A stretch of 64,000 nt of DNA from a virus. Position numbers and translations under genes: made by a program. Of this stretch, positions 28,029-39,700 are shown in pieces. Positions within the stretch are counted from its first letter, which is position 1, and each line of letters opens with the position of its first letter. Location of the stretch: positions 32,001 to 96,000 of IMG/VR virus record IMGVR_UViG_3300028377_000004. One strand, written 5' to 3'. The notes under the pieces are model-generated. The model was given only the letters and a program-made list of their open reading frames with translations, was not told the DNA's origin and made no database searches.

Positions 28029-29351
28029 TTAAACTTTATTGATAGTAATTGTCACGAAATTTCGGGCTATTCTACCATCTCCAGAAGTAGCTCGCACTCC
28101 AATGGTCCAGTAAAACTTTCCAGCGTCATCAAATTGAGGGGAAGGAACTAATGGAGCTTCAAAAGGAACTATTTTTCCCGTAGCATCCCCAAAATTACCG
28201 TCTCCTGTCAAGTCCCATTCATAGGTAGAAGAACCCGAGAAATTAGTTACGGCTTCATAGTGGGTTTGGTCCCCTTCTCCCACAGATATAAGACCGTCAA
28301 TTGATACCGTTAGTTTTTCAGAAGAGACAAACTGATAAGAGGCATCTTCGGTCACAAAGATTTCTTCTTTCTTCCCTAACCTGTCAACTTCTACCTGATA
28401 GGAAATATCTTCCTGAGGTTCTTTGAATCTAGGTTTGACTCTAATACCTGAGCCTAAATTTTCAACTACCCTATAATGTCCGTAATTAGGTCCTTCTAGT
28501 ATGATTAAATTAGCACCTAGGGCCACAGAATCTAAGGGTTTATTGAAAGCATCATCTTCTAGAACATTAAGAGCACCTAGTTCGGTATACCCCGTTTCAG
28601 AAGAGAACCCTTTCATACCTCCGCAATTTTTACGAACGTCTTCATAGCGACGATCATGCATTGACCAGGCGCCGTCTTCAATGATATCATTTATTTTATC
28701 ATTATCAGGATCCACAATATCGGTAAAAACGTGTGATATTTCATAGAGGGTATGCGCAGGCTTGACGATATTAATCAATAGCAAAATATTGTTTTGAAGA
28801 ACAAAAGGATCCGTTGGAAACTGGTTATCTAATTCAAACTCAATAGTAAAAGCAAACTGATTAGAAATATCATAAACAGATCCCGGATTCTGAGATTCTT
28901 TGAAAATTTCTTTGATCTCAAATTCTTGGTCAGTAAATAATTCAACTGCTTGTCTTATTGCAGATGGTGTCGAACCCTGAAAGAAAATATCTATAATTGT
29001 CAATAGAAATTCTCTAAATTCTTCGTCGTCAAGATCGATATCCGGTTGTTCATCCAAAAACACAAAATATCCAACCACCTGATTCAAAAACTCTGATCTC
29101 ACCAGATCAAATGAGATATCAGAACTAAGTTCCTCAATAGCAAGGGTAAATCTAGCTAATTCTGTGGCAATAGCCTTCAAGTAGAAAGCGTATTCCGTAG
29201 AAGGAATAGTAGACCTATAGTTAGATGCCAGATATCCCATAAGGGTTTCTAGGATCGCAGTGGCCCTTGACTGTAATGTTTTAGAATACCCTTTTCCCTT
29301 TTTAGTTAGAGGAAAAGGAAATTGTCGTTCTCCGTCAAATCCATTTGACAT
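28029..29351 (-). CDS. Baseplate wedge protein (P2 gpI-like) with C-terminal PKD/Ig-like domain
   Basis: ..IFFQGSTPSAIRQAV..F and NIVKPAHT motifs; YEWDLTGDGNF; follows the J-like gene. Confidence 0.65.
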   Translation of the reverse strand: MSNGFDGERQFPFPLTKKGKGYSKTLQSRATAILETLMGYLASNYRSTIPSTEYAFYLKAIATELARFTLAIEELSSDISFDLVRSEFLNQVVGYFVFLDEQPDIDLDDEEFREFLLTIIDIFFQGSTPSAIRQAVELFTDQEFEIKEIFKESQNPGSVYDISNQFAFTIEFELDNQFPTDPFVLQNNILLLINIVKPAHTLYEISHVFTDIVDPDNDKINDIIEDGAWSMHDRRYEDVRKNCGGMKGFSSETGYTELGALNVLEDDAFNKPLDSVALGANLIILEGPNYGHYRVVENLGSGIRVKPRFKEPQEDISYQVEVDRLGKKEEIFVTEDASYQFVSSEKLTVSIDGLISVGEGDQTHYEAVTNFSGSSTYEWDLTGDGNFGDATGKIVPFEAPLVPSPQFDDAGKFYWTIGVRATSGDGRIARNFVTITINKV

Positions 29352-29359
29352 AAAAGACC

Positions 29360-32300
29360 TCAGCGATACGTGATGGTAAGATTTCCTAATTCAGCGAATG
29401 CGACATCCATCAAGTCTATTGTGGATCTAGAAGAGCGATCTCCTTGAACCTCATAAGAAGCTGTATAAGAGTAATCCTCGGGACTGTCATTAGAAGACAG
29501 AGAGACGAATATTCTATTTGCTGTTAGCTCCAGGCGTCTTCCTTCTTTTGCTGCCTGCGTAAGATACCCATCATTCTCTAATGTTTGATCATCAGAATAT
29601 CCCGGAATAATAAGTCCCTCTGAGCCTACCACTAGAGAGCGACCAGGACCCTCCATAAGGTCTGAATAGGTAGCGACAATAGCAAGGGGTTGCCGGTCCT
29701 GAAAAACTCCCCTGTGTTGCATTCGTGATCCCCCACCATTAATGGTCTGGTGACTGAGAGAATCCTGGAGAGCATAGAGAGATATATTAGAAAGTGTTTC
29801 TTCTAAAAAGACAAATGAGCTATCAACATCCTCCCTTACAATTAGGTTCCCGTCTGTATGACTCATTCTAGCGAAAGGTACAATTACATAGTCGACGCCA
29901 GTAGTATTCTCAATGACTCTGACCACATCCGATTGGTGGACAGATTTTCCTACCCCTCTAGAGTTCATAAGCTGTGAAATATTAGTCCTCAAAGCCACAT
30001 CCACCTGGGACTGCACCGCACCATGAGAAAGAACTACAGTCATTTCCAAATCAATTAAGTTTTGAATTGCCTGCTTTGCAAGTACGTCTGCGGTGATATG
30101 GCGTTGCCCGTCTACTTTCCTTTGTACATTTTCTAAGACTTCATTGATGGTATAGGAAATCTGGAAATTTTCATCATGCTCATAGTCTACACTGACTTCG
30201 GATCCATCCTCGATATCTCCATCAGGGTTTCTAACGATCTGCAAAGGAGTAGTTTCGGATCCTGCCTGAATGAAAAAATCAGGGTCCGCAGTTAGTGGGC
30301 CGTCATATTCGATAGTGCGATCTAACGAGAAAACTCTAACGCTAAAAGGTGTTACCCCAAGGTTCACTAAGGCTGCAGGTATTTCCCCTACCAGTACATG
30401 CCTCTCATCATTGATATCAATGATGTCTCCCGAAGGGATTCCCCCGCTTTCAGTAAGTACCAGATAATCTCTGGCCCTAGTGGAATAGCCTTCAATGAGG
30501 GGGTCTTGAGTCCTGAAGAATTCATAATGATCTCCTTCTGCAAGAACATCATCGGAACTCAAACTCTGGATCGTATTGACTGCTTGAACCGGCTGTCTGG
30601 AAAATACATATTCATCCGTTTCTCTAAATCGGAAATCACCAATAACCACGTTATTAGGCCCTACAGGAGGTTGAGGAATCTGTGTGCTTAATTGAATTCT
30701 GTTATGAGATAACAGGCTATAGTCCGTAAGATCAAAAGACTGTCCTGTAGTCACATTTCGGAATCCAAATCCTTGCGCCTGTTCTTCGGGGGTTTCTCCT
30801 AATAACTGAGTGATTGGATTCTCGGGGGTAACTCGATCGTCATCTACAACGAAAATATATTGATTAGGAACGGAATCCAAAAAGAATCTCACATCTCTTT
30901 CAATGCGAAAACGGAGAGCAAAAGTATCTTCGACTTCTCGCCTTTGTTCCCCTTGTACCCATACATCTACTTTTCCCCCAATATGTTTATCTCTGACCTC
31001 ATCATAATCCCGAACCATGTGCGTATGTCCAGCGTCAATAATTTTGGCCCTGAAAACTCCTACCTGCCCAAGTGCGGTCGCCAGATACCCTGATTTTGTT
31101 CCAGCATCTACAGAAGAAAACGCAAGCATGGATCTCTCCGCAAGGTCCTGATTGGATTCTTCATTGCGCCCAAATCTAGTCGCCTCTAAATTAGTAACTT
31201 GAAGTCCAGAAGCACCTCCAATAACACGGGTAATTTGACCCGCGGGAACATTTCCATTTTCGCCCGGAGTCGTTGCAATGATATTTGCTTGAATTTCCCA
31301 TCTTCTTCGTTGAATATTAAAGTAGGAATCTCGACTAGTAAAGGGAAGTGTAACTCTAGAGGTGACCCTGAAAGTTGCACTTCCATCCTGAGTTGGGACA
31401 AGGGTTCCTTCCTCAACTACCAGATCATTCTGAGGTTCTGTTGGAGTATAAAACGTTGCAGTTCCTACCGCAGGCTGCGCCCCCAAACGAACTTTATTGG
31501 TATTGGCAGATAATTTATCGAAAGAGTCATCAATGATTTGCTGAACATTCGCTACATTGGTGAACCCCATAGCAGAAGCGAGAGCCTGTTTGTACGAATC
31601 TAATTCGTCTACTACTAATAGAGTTGCAAAGGACTGGGATCTACGAACGAAATCTGCAATAAAATAAAGCCGCTCTGCTTCCGTAGCAAAAGGATCAATA
31701 AAAACGTCTTTTACCACGGACCCTGGCATAACTGATATTTCATTATCATAGTTAATTACACGGTCGATATAGTCTTCTGTAACATCAAACCTTGTGCGCC
31801 TGGGGACATCTCGAAGTTGCGTGTCTATTTCCAAAGGATATCCAACTAATTCAGAACTATAAGCAGATTCAATTTCCTGGTTGGTTGTTTGATTATAAAC
31901 TACCGTCGTCATTACATAATAAAGAGGCTCATCATCTGGAATGTCAGCAAAAACCTCATTATTAATGAAACCATCCTGCTCTGTTCCTGACCTGTTGTGG
32001 ATGAATGAGAAATAAGTGTCAGTAACCACACTCTCTACTTTTGTGGTTACTTTTATTTCGGGTCCCGAAAGCGACGTGTCGATAAAAGAGTCTTGAACGG
32101 TCTGAATAGTCCCTCCATTAAAATCCTCTTCTGTCAAGAATAAACGTAGCTGCCCGAAATTATTATTATAGAAGGTAGAATCCTCAGTAATTTCGGTAAG
32201 GTTCTCTTCTTCAAATGAAGCTTCCGTTATGAGGTCCCTATTGATACGGACATATCCTTCCTGCCCTCCACCTGGTTCTGAGGAAGCATAAATATGATAT

Positions 32301-32734
32301 CCCCTGACATTTGGAATATCTGTATCTACCCAGACTAATTCTACACTGTCTCTTCGCCTACGAACTCGAAGTCCTGATGGGGCAGATGAGATAAGGTCCA
32401 ATTCACCGGGCCTAAGAATTCGTATCGTAGCCCTAGCTGCGGTCGAAACTGCACCCGTAACTCCAATGGATCTTATTTCAATGGTATTGACTCCAAAGTC
32501 CAACGTTAATCCCTCTGGATACACGTTTTGATTGGGGACAGAAAATTCGTTTTGATCAAACTCTACTAATGAAGGATCAGAAACGAAACCTTGTCCGTTT
32601 ACGTTGACCTGGACATCTACCACATTCCCAGAAAGAATGCCGGTCAATGCTTGTTTGCGGATCGTTGATACAAATTCTAGGTTCGATATAGGAGATCCCT
32701 GAGGAGTATTAAATTGTGGAGTTTGTAAGCTCAT
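29360..32734 (-). CDS. Baseplate J-like protein
   Basis: GSVVKDVFIDP, AVGTATF, ATTPGENGNVPAGQI, GRNEESNQDLAER and GKVDVWV motifs. Confidence 0.85.
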   Translation of the reverse strand: MSLQTPQFNTPQGSPISNLEFVSTIRKQALTGILSGNVVDVQVNVNGQGFVSDPSLVEFDQNEFSVPNQNVYPEGLTLDFGVNTIEIRSIGVTGAVSTAARATIRILRPGELDLISSAPSGLRVRRRRDSVELVWVDTDIPNVRGYHIYASSEPGGGQEGYVRINRDLITEASFEEENLTEITEDSTFYNNNFGQLRLFLTEEDFNGGTIQTVQDSFIDTSLSGPEIKVTTKVESVVTDTYFSFIHNRSGTEQDGFINNEVFADIPDDEPLYYVMTTVVYNQTTNQEIESAYSSELVGYPLEIDTQLRDVPRRTRFDVTEDYIDRVINYDNEISVMPGSVVKDVFIDPFATEAERLYFIADFVRRSQSFATLLVVDELDSYKQALASAMGFTNVANVQQIIDDSFDKLSANTNKVRLGAQPAVGTATFYTPTEPQNDLVVEEGTLVPTQDGSATFRVTSRVTLPFTSRDSYFNIQRRRWEIQANIIATTPGENGNVPAGQITRVIGGASGLQVTNLEATRFGRNEESNQDLAERSMLAFSSVDAGTKSGYLATALGQVGVFRAKIIDAGHTHMVRDYDEVRDKHIGGKVDVWVQGEQRREVEDTFALRFRIERDVRFFLDSVPNQYIFVVDDDRVTPENPITQLLGETPEEQAQGFGFRNVTTGQSFDLTDYSLLSHNRIQLSTQIPQPPVGPNNVVIGDFRFRETDEYVFSRQPVQAVNTIQSLSSDDVLAEGDHYEFFRTQDPLIEGYSTRARDYLVLTESGGIPSGDIIDINDERHVLVGEIPAALVNLGVTPFSVRVFSLDRTIEYDGPLTADPDFFIQAGSETTPLQIVRNPDGDIEDGSEVSVDYEHDENFQISYTINEVLENVQRKVDGQRHITADVLAKQAIQNLIDLEMTVVLSHGAVQSQVDVALRTNISQLMNSRGVGKSVHQSDVVRVIENTTGVDYVIVPFARMSHTDGNLIVREDVDSSFVFLEETLSNISLYALQDSLSHQTINGGGSRMQHRGVFQDRQPLAIVATYSDLMEGPGRSLVVGSEGLIIPGYSDDQTLENDGYLTQAAKEGRRLELTANRIFVSLSSNDSPEDYSYTASYEVQGDRSSRSTIDLMDVAFAELGNLTITYR

Positions 32735-33801
32735 TATTGCATCCTCTCGAATCCGTCGATATTATTAATAATCAATGTTTTTTGAATTTGATCTACCTGA
32801 TCTGATCTATTTTGAAGATCGACTCTAATTCTAAAAATGGTGGGATCTACATCATCCTGACGTACCTCAATATTTTTGATACGCATCAAAAATTCTTGAT
32901 CGGTTACGGGTTGGAGTTTCGACTGTTGGATTTTAACATCCCTATATCGATTCAAAGTAAGAGCAATTTCCGTAACCAATTGTGACTCCACTAATTGTCC
33001 ACTTCCTACAATTTTCTGTCCTACCAAATCCGAAAGTGTTGTCCCATACCATGAGTAGAAAATATTAGATCCTCTAATTGTGAATACGATTTTCTCAACC
33101 TCCTGAACTAGAAGGTCTACTCCCCTCACAAATATGGGATTGCCCCTAGAATCGTATCGAAAATCATTTTCTATACCGATGCCCGCACACCTTCGACACT
33201 CACGTCTCTGGGTAAAATAGGACACTTCAAATACGTCATCTGCGGATTGTAGTGGTCTTTCAAATACGATTTTCTTAGAACGGACTCCAAAAGTGTTGGT
33301 TTCCTTTATTAAATTCCAGGGAGGAATGATCTCTCTACCTTGGTAAAACCTATGGAAAGGGAAACCTAATGCTTCGTGTCCAGATCCTTTTTGGAGAAAA
33401 ATCGTCTCGTCTACGCCCCCTCTTACAGTTTCTAAACGAATTTTCCCTGCATTGGCTTTTGCTAGGACACCGGATCCCTGTTCATTAATAGCATTTACTA
33501 CACGGGAAGCAGATACTTGATTACCGGAAGGTAAGGCTATTGTTTGGAGTACACCGTTATTAGTCTGGAACCTGAGTTCTGCGTCTTTCTCAATTTCAAA
33601 AGGTTGTGCTTTCCTACTAGAAAAAGAAACTTTGGAACCAATTCCTTCTTGCGGTATTTCCATTCCATTCTTTTTGATTCGAACATTGCTGGAAGAAGGA
33701 TCTCTAACGGTTTTGAGGGTTTTTCTATCCTCATCTAAGGCAAGCCATTCATCTATCACTAGATGGGGACATTTTTGTTTGATCTGTAAATCTTTTGCCA
33801 T
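32734..33801 (-). CDS. Baseplate wedge subunit with gp25/GPW-like C-terminus
   Basis: Likely start MAKDLQ at 33801; QEVEKIVFT..GSN.F..WYGT.L..L; C..C.G.G motif. Confidence 0.65.
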   Translation of the reverse strand: MAKDLQIKQKCPHLVIDEWLALDEDRKTLKTVRDPSSSNVRIKKNGMEIPQEGIGSKVSFSSRKAQPFEIEKDAELRFQTNNGVLQTIALPSGNQVSASRVVNAINEQGSGVLAKANAGKIRLETVRGGVDETIFLQKGSGHEALGFPFHRFYQGREIIPPWNLIKETNTFGVRSKKIVFERPLQSADDVFEVSYFTQRRECRRCAGIGIENDFRYDSRGNPIFVRGVDLLVQEVEKIVFTIRGSNIFYSWYGTTLSDLVGQKIVGSGQLVESQLVTEIALTLNRYRDVKIQQSKLQPVTDQEFLMRIKNIEVRQDDVDPTIFRIRVDLQNRSDQVDQIQKTLIINNIDGFERMQ

Positions 33802-33805
33802 AGTA

Positions 33806-34447
33806 TCAGTTTCCGTTGTTGTTTCGATGTCCTTGGCCTGCACCAATAAATTCATCAGAGTTTAGATAATAGTTGATCTGTGATCTTAAATCCTCTATAG
33901 TATCTACTCCTGTTGATCGTTGTACCAATAGAATAATTTCTTCCAAATATTGATCTACCAGATCAATGGACTTTTTGATTTTGAATTCCCAATGCTCACG
34001 TTTTGTCTGGATAGCAGGTATCATCCAGTCTTTTACTTTTGCTACAGTAGCACTTTCGACCATATCATCCTTATGAACATTGGGAGCATAATAGTCATCA
34101 CTTCCCTGAATACGACCTCCCTGAAACTGTTGCTGGCTATCCATACTAGGTTCGCCCTGAGAGAGTGATAGCCACTCACCTCTGCTTAGAATAGGAAGCT
34201 CTAGAAGATTCCCTCCCCAAAACTGGTACGATCGGATATATTTAGATAAGACAGAATTAGAAGGAGTAACTTCGTAAGAAATTGTCCTACCATCTTCGTC
34301 TCTTTCAAAAGTAATCCATCCGTTTTTTTCAATACAGGATCGAAGATACGAAATCCGATCTTGAATATCTTCTAATTGGTCTTCAGCAAAATCTAGAAGA
34401 CCTGCTATTTCGGTTTCAGAAAAAGTCCCTAAAAAATTAAAAGCCAT
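33806..34447 (-). CDS. Hypothetical protein, baseplate cluster
   Basis: Tightly packed in the operon. Confidence 0.7.
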   Translation of the reverse strand: MAFNFLGTFSETEIAGLLDFAEDQLEDIQDRISYLRSCIEKNGWITFERDEDGRTISYEVTPSNSVLSKYIRSYQFWGGNLLELPILSRGEWLSLSQGEPSMDSQQQFQGGRIQGSDDYYAPNVHKDDMVESATVAKVKDWMIPAIQTKREHWEFKIKKSIDLVDQYLEEIILLVQRSTGVDTIEDLRSQINYYLNSDEFIGAGQGHRNNNGN

Positions 34448-34450
34448 TTT

Positions 34451-36625
34451 TTATACTCCGAAAAGAAACTGAAAAGCGTTTTGGATAGCAAGAACATCGG
34501 CAGGTCCCGCCCCTCCAAAAACAAATACAAGGGAAGCCATGTATTCATCACTCACCTGCTCGGGAGGATTATCGGCGCTTCGCAATTCTGAAATAAGGTG
34601 CCCGTTCCCGCCTGTATCGGGGGGTATCCAAAGAAGACGAAGGTTCGTAGCCATATCTGAAAATTCTTCTATGAGAACAATGGCTTCGGATACCACATCC
34701 AAAAGAGACGTGAGAACTTCGAGCCTGTCCTGCAATGACTCCAAAGTAGCTTCAAAATCATCAAGTGTGCTTTGTAATACATTTGATAAAGAGAAAATTA
34801 GATCTGAGAGTTGATTGGTGATTTTATTAACAAAAGGAAAATAGTCATTTAGAACCTGAGTAGATTCCCAGTTTGGGGGAATGCCCTGGGTATCCCCTGA
34901 ATTAATCAGTTGCAGAATGGAAAAAATATCATTGCGGATTTCCGTTTCTTCGGAAAGGTCTAGGAAATGCACGCCCTCAGTGAGAAGTGTGAGGATAGCA
35001 TTCTCGTTTTCAGTATATAAAGTTTGAAAAATGAGAAGTAATTCGTCATTCGCTGCCAAATAAGGGACAAGTGCTTTTATTTTGGTATCTATAATTTTAT
35101 CAATTGCAAGCCTCAAACGAACATTGGGAGGAAGGTTTAGTCTAGGCTCTAAAAATTCGTCGACTCCACCAAAAGGATCAAAAGTGTCTGCATCAATTAC
35201 TAGCGCAGCATTAATACTGTCCCGCATATTGGTATAATCCATTTCTTCTGGAGCCTCATTATCGCTAAAAAGAGGCTCTTCAAAAAATGGCAGAATTTCA
35301 GTAATAGTATCTCCTTCGGGATCCGTGTCCAAATAGTCATATTCTTGGGCACCAACCTGTTCATAAAGAGATGCTTTTACCGAAGGTGTCATTAGAGAGG
35401 GTCCCAAAGCCTCAATTCCAAACTGTGTTTTGTAGTTAGCATCAAAGCGAAGAAGATAGGCGGCTCTATAGGTATTTAGTAGCGCAGTAGGTAGATCAAA
35501 AGAGGTATCCAAATCTGGTAGATATCCAAAAGCAGGAACGCTAGGTCGGGATACCGGACCTATATTGTCATTTCCTAAGACCAAGTTATAGACCTCTTTT
35601 TCTACTTCTTCCCCCTGAGAATTTCTTACCATTTTTGTAGCAGGAACTAATCCTGTATTTTTAGGAACGGATCTAACTCGATAATAGTAGCCATTATCTG
35701 ATCCCTTTTCCACGTCAGTAATGATATGAGCATAAGAACCCGCAAGGAAATTGATCCTGCTATTCTTAATATCTAAAGTATCCACCAAATCAATAAAAGG
35801 GTCGTTAGGATCAAGGGGTTCCCAATGATAAATCAAGTCTCCAAATTCATCACGAGCGGGGATATGTTTTATTTCGCTGTTATCTCTTCTTCGTTCCTGG
35901 GGTGACCTCCTCGTAACAGGTATTTGTTCTGTCAATTCGAGATCTCCTTGACTGCTTTTAGAACGTTCAATGTAAAATTTATTTTCCGCAAAAATGTCGA
36001 GTAAGACATCATTGCTTGTACGAGGTTCTTGCCATTCAATACGAAGACGATCTAGCTCTCTTCCTTCTTCTGTAAAGACATTCAACAATTGGTCTTCAGG
36101 AAGTCCTAATTGACCCGCAGGTTTGACTTTGACATTGACAGGGGATGGGTACCTCAGGTCAAAAGGTTTATCAAAAAAAGAAAACAGACGGTATAAAGAT
36201 TCGATAAAGCGACTTGGGTTAGGTTCTGTCACTAATAAGAAGAGAGCCCCTGTTGTGGATCCCGAGGAGAACTGAGGTCTGTTGGGATCCTCTGTGTCAT
36301 AGAGACTCTGATAAAACAATTGCTTAAATTTTCCATAACCTCCTTGGTATCGCTCCAATTCCTCGGTTGTAGTAGGAAGCATAGCTAGAGAATGAACTCC
36401 CGTCTCAGAAAGACTAGCCAATAAGTCTTGAATTTCTGTGAGAAGTGCTTGAACTGCCGCCATTACAGGACTATCAGATACTACCAAAAAAGAAGACAGT
36501 AACTCCAATATTGAAATTCCGGTCCCTACTATTGTCGCAAGGGCTTGAACCGCAGTATCTAAACCATCTCCAATTGGTTCTATTTGGTCCACAATACTTA
36601 TTTCCAGTTCCTGCCATTCAGCCAT
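34451..36625 (-). CDS. Hypothetical structural protein, baseplate cluster
   Basis: 724-aa ORF in the operon. Confidence 0.7.
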   Translation of the reverse strand: MAEWQELEISIVDQIEPIGDGLDTAVQALATIVGTGISILELLSSFLVVSDSPVMAAVQALLTEIQDLLASLSETGVHSLAMLPTTTEELERYQGGYGKFKQLFYQSLYDTEDPNRPQFSSGSTTGALFLLVTEPNPSRFIESLYRLFSFFDKPFDLRYPSPVNVKVKPAGQLGLPEDQLLNVFTEEGRELDRLRIEWQEPRTSNDVLLDIFAENKFYIERSKSSQGDLELTEQIPVTRRSPQERRRDNSEIKHIPARDEFGDLIYHWEPLDPNDPFIDLVDTLDIKNSRINFLAGSYAHIITDVEKGSDNGYYYRVRSVPKNTGLVPATKMVRNSQGEEVEKEVYNLVLGNDNIGPVSRPSVPAFGYLPDLDTSFDLPTALLNTYRAAYLLRFDANYKTQFGIEALGPSLMTPSVKASLYEQVGAQEYDYLDTDPEGDTITEILPFFEEPLFSDNEAPEEMDYTNMRDSINAALVIDADTFDPFGGVDEFLEPRLNLPPNVRLRLAIDKIIDTKIKALVPYLAANDELLLIFQTLYTENENAILTLLTEGVHFLDLSEETEIRNDIFSILQLINSGDTQGIPPNWESTQVLNDYFPFVNKITNQLSDLIFSLSNVLQSTLDDFEATLESLQDRLEVLTSLLDVVSEAIVLIEEFSDMATNLRLLWIPPDTGGNGHLISELRSADNPPEQVSDEYMASLVFVFGGAGPADVLAIQNAFQFLFGV

Positions 36626-36782
36626 TCTTATTACCTTCTTCCTCTATCTGGAATTCAATACGCTCTTTTTCTTTTTCCAACTCTTCTTTTAAACGAATAA
36701 ATTTCTCTTTCAAAAGAACTAGTGAGCTTTTTTCAGGCTGGGCTTCTTGCCATTCTACATTTTTTTTATCATCGTCAGTCAT
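36618..36782 (-). CDS. Small coiled-coil protein (54 aa) absent from the ORF track
   Basis: MTDDDKKNVEWQEAQPEKSSLVLLKEKFIRLKEELEKEKERIEFQIEEEGNKNG fills the gap exactly and overlaps the next ATG. Confidence 0.65.
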   Translation of the reverse strand: MTDDDKKNVEWQEAQPEKSSLVLLKEKFIRLKEELEKEKERIEFQIEEEGNKNG

Positions 36783-36795
36783 GAGGGTAATCTCC

Positions 36796-39700
36796 TTATT
36801 GCATCGAAGCTAACTTGATTAACTCTTTCAAAAGTTTATTTTTCTTCTTTGTCTTAGTTTTTTTGAACCTATTAATAGCAGGTAACAGACCATCTTCCAG
36901 ATTGATTCTGAAATCGATCCATGCGAATCGAAGATCGTATAAGGACTCGGTGCCCTTTAGTATAGCTTCCAACTCATTTCTTAAAGACGGTTCATCTACG
37001 ATCCAGTTTTTCCTAGCATCAATGGGGTTCAAGTGAATTGTTTGGATCAACGTATCAGCGGGGTCGCCCGGCCTTACAATACTGGGATCCTCAGATATCA
37101 GTTCGTTCAGATCGTGAATGGTCGCCCTTATTCCCGCATCAATACGATCTATCTCGTCTAGTACATTGTAATACTCATACAGTATTAATTCATAAGTACG
37201 TTCTGAGAAACTAGACACCTCAAAAACCTCAAACTCTAGGTTTGTCTCATCTTCAAGGGATCCTTGAACGAAATTAGAACCATCAACCAAGTCAATCGTA
37301 TCATTGGTAAAGGAAGCTACCCGATAGAAACCCCTGGAGTCCTCATTATTGATCATGACATAGGCATTATCTTCATTTTCAAGATCACTGAAAGATCCCG
37401 CACTAGTGAGAGTGTTTCCTACTATTTGACCATTTGTCTCAGACACAGAAGGAGTACCAAACATCTCTGTCACCAGGCTTCTCAGAACGTCCAGAGAAGG
37501 CGTAGAAGGATTTGAGGAAGTTACGCTGTTTACATAAGGTTCTATGTCTACGGGAGCCTCAGAATCGTCCTGATAGATTATTCTTCTCTGGGCCAACTCA
37601 TCTCTCAGGTCGTTTAATTGGTTACTAAATCTACGCGGTCGATAAGTTTTCCAAGGTACCTCAAGGTCCACAGAATTACTTTCGTTTTCTCTGGTATCTG
37701 GACTGACAACAACATGATCTACTTCAATGTTTTGAATCTCATACAGTCCTCCATTAGGACTTGTGCCTGAAACAATGAGTTGGTCCCCTACATCTATATC
37801 CAGACCTTGAGGGTCGAAGAAAATCCTATTAGGGAGTTCAACATAAGCATTTCCAGTCTCTCTTTCTCCCTTTAAAATAGCGAGGTTAAGAGGAAAAGAC
37901 AGAAGAGACGGGTCTAGAGTTGAGGGTAAAACATTGATCAGTCCATTCTCTCCAGAAGCGATATCATAGGTAATACCTACATCAACTCCCCTATCTCCCG
38001 AAGTAATAGTCAGAGTTCCGGTGACCCCCGAGAAATCGGTGCCCACATTTTTCAATGAATGAAGATCATCTACAATAGTGCCGGTGCCTACCATAGTACC
38101 TCCTCCTGTCAGGTTTATTTCATAACCTACGTTCGTATCCTCTACTGAAAAAGCAGCTAATATAATGTCATTTCCGTCTATTTGGGATAGATGAAAAGTT
38201 GGGACCACGCCTTCTAAGATAACCTCATTATATTGCGAGTGACCCGAAGGAATAACAACTCCAGGATCCAGACGAAAGATATGATCATCAACCAGTGAAA
38301 TAGCTGTCTCTACAATTCCTTCGTCAGTTTCGTTGATCACATCTTCCCATGCTTTGATCTCAGCTTGGAAGGATACGATCTCCGAATCCGTAATAGGATA
38401 GGAATAAGGCAATCCCGTGAGTCCCCCATCGTCAGAAGGTTCACCGTCCAGGGCGGGGAAACGATAGGGTTCTGTTCTCTGGTTTTTATGAACAACAGTA
38501 GCATCCAAAAACGTAAAAGGCTCGGGAGCTTCCTGTCCTATGACAGAAGCAATAAAACTAGGTAGGGTTGCATTGACCAATTCTCCCTCAGAAGAATCCA
38601 TACCATAGTCGAAATTCTGCCGGAAATACCCTTGGCTCTGGACAAAAAGGGTATCATTTTTTAGGGGAGGATTATTTAGAAGGTCCGCAGGATCATCTCC
38701 GTCTACAGGAAAACCTTCGATATCATCTGCTATTTTAAGGTAAATCCGATCGGAGCCTGCTGTAGGAGATTGAGCTATCTCCATATTAGAAGCATAAACA
38801 TCTATTTCTAGGGTTACTGCCCCACTTGTAGGATCTTTGCTGAAGTTGACCCTACCCAAACTTACGATATCTCCCTCTTTGAAACCGGGAATCAAACGGC
38901 TAGGATCCCCATCTTCGAGGTTAGGAGGATCATTTGGATCGTTAGTCGCCTCACTAGTACCCAAAGGAAAAGACATTCCTACTTCCACATAAACGCCTCC
39001 ATCATCGGTTGCTCCATCTTTTTTAAGCCATCCTCTAGCAGGTCTTGCAGATAGTTCCGTTACAGAGAGAACATTTTCCACTTTAAGATCCCCTAATATC
39101 TCTTGGAAATCTCGGAGGAAAGTGTATTCATTTTCAGGGGCTCCAGTGCTAGGAGGTGTGACGGTAGCAATTTTGGATAATTGTGGGTAAAAACGAGATA
39201 GCCGATGAGGTTCCCATGCTTGTTTGAATGTTCCTTCAAATTCTAGGGAAGGGGGAATGTCAAACTGAAACTCATAAGGCTTTTTTGAAGTAAGAACAAG
39301 GTCGTCTATAGAATTTCTTATGTACCCACTCTGTGCCTGTAAATTCATGTTTTGAATGGCAGTAGATGTGGGTTTATTACCACTACCGTCAGGGTTAGCA
39401 TAATAGGGAATTAGATCCCCCGTCACAGGGTCTTCTCCTCCAGATTCCCCATCATCGCCTAAGAAGAATGAGAATTGTCCATCCCGATCCCCAACGACTC
39501 GTCCATCAAGAATCTGGAAATAGGATTCAATGCCCTGCGCTATCTGGTTATAATACCTGACAAATCTTCGAGCCACTCTATCTCTATCCCTGAGATCTCC
39601 CCCTTCCCAAATGAGTGTTTCGGATCCTCTATCCTGATTGTCTTGACTTAAACCAAAAGATAGGGTAGGCCCGTTGGACGAAGAAAGAGAAGAGGCACTA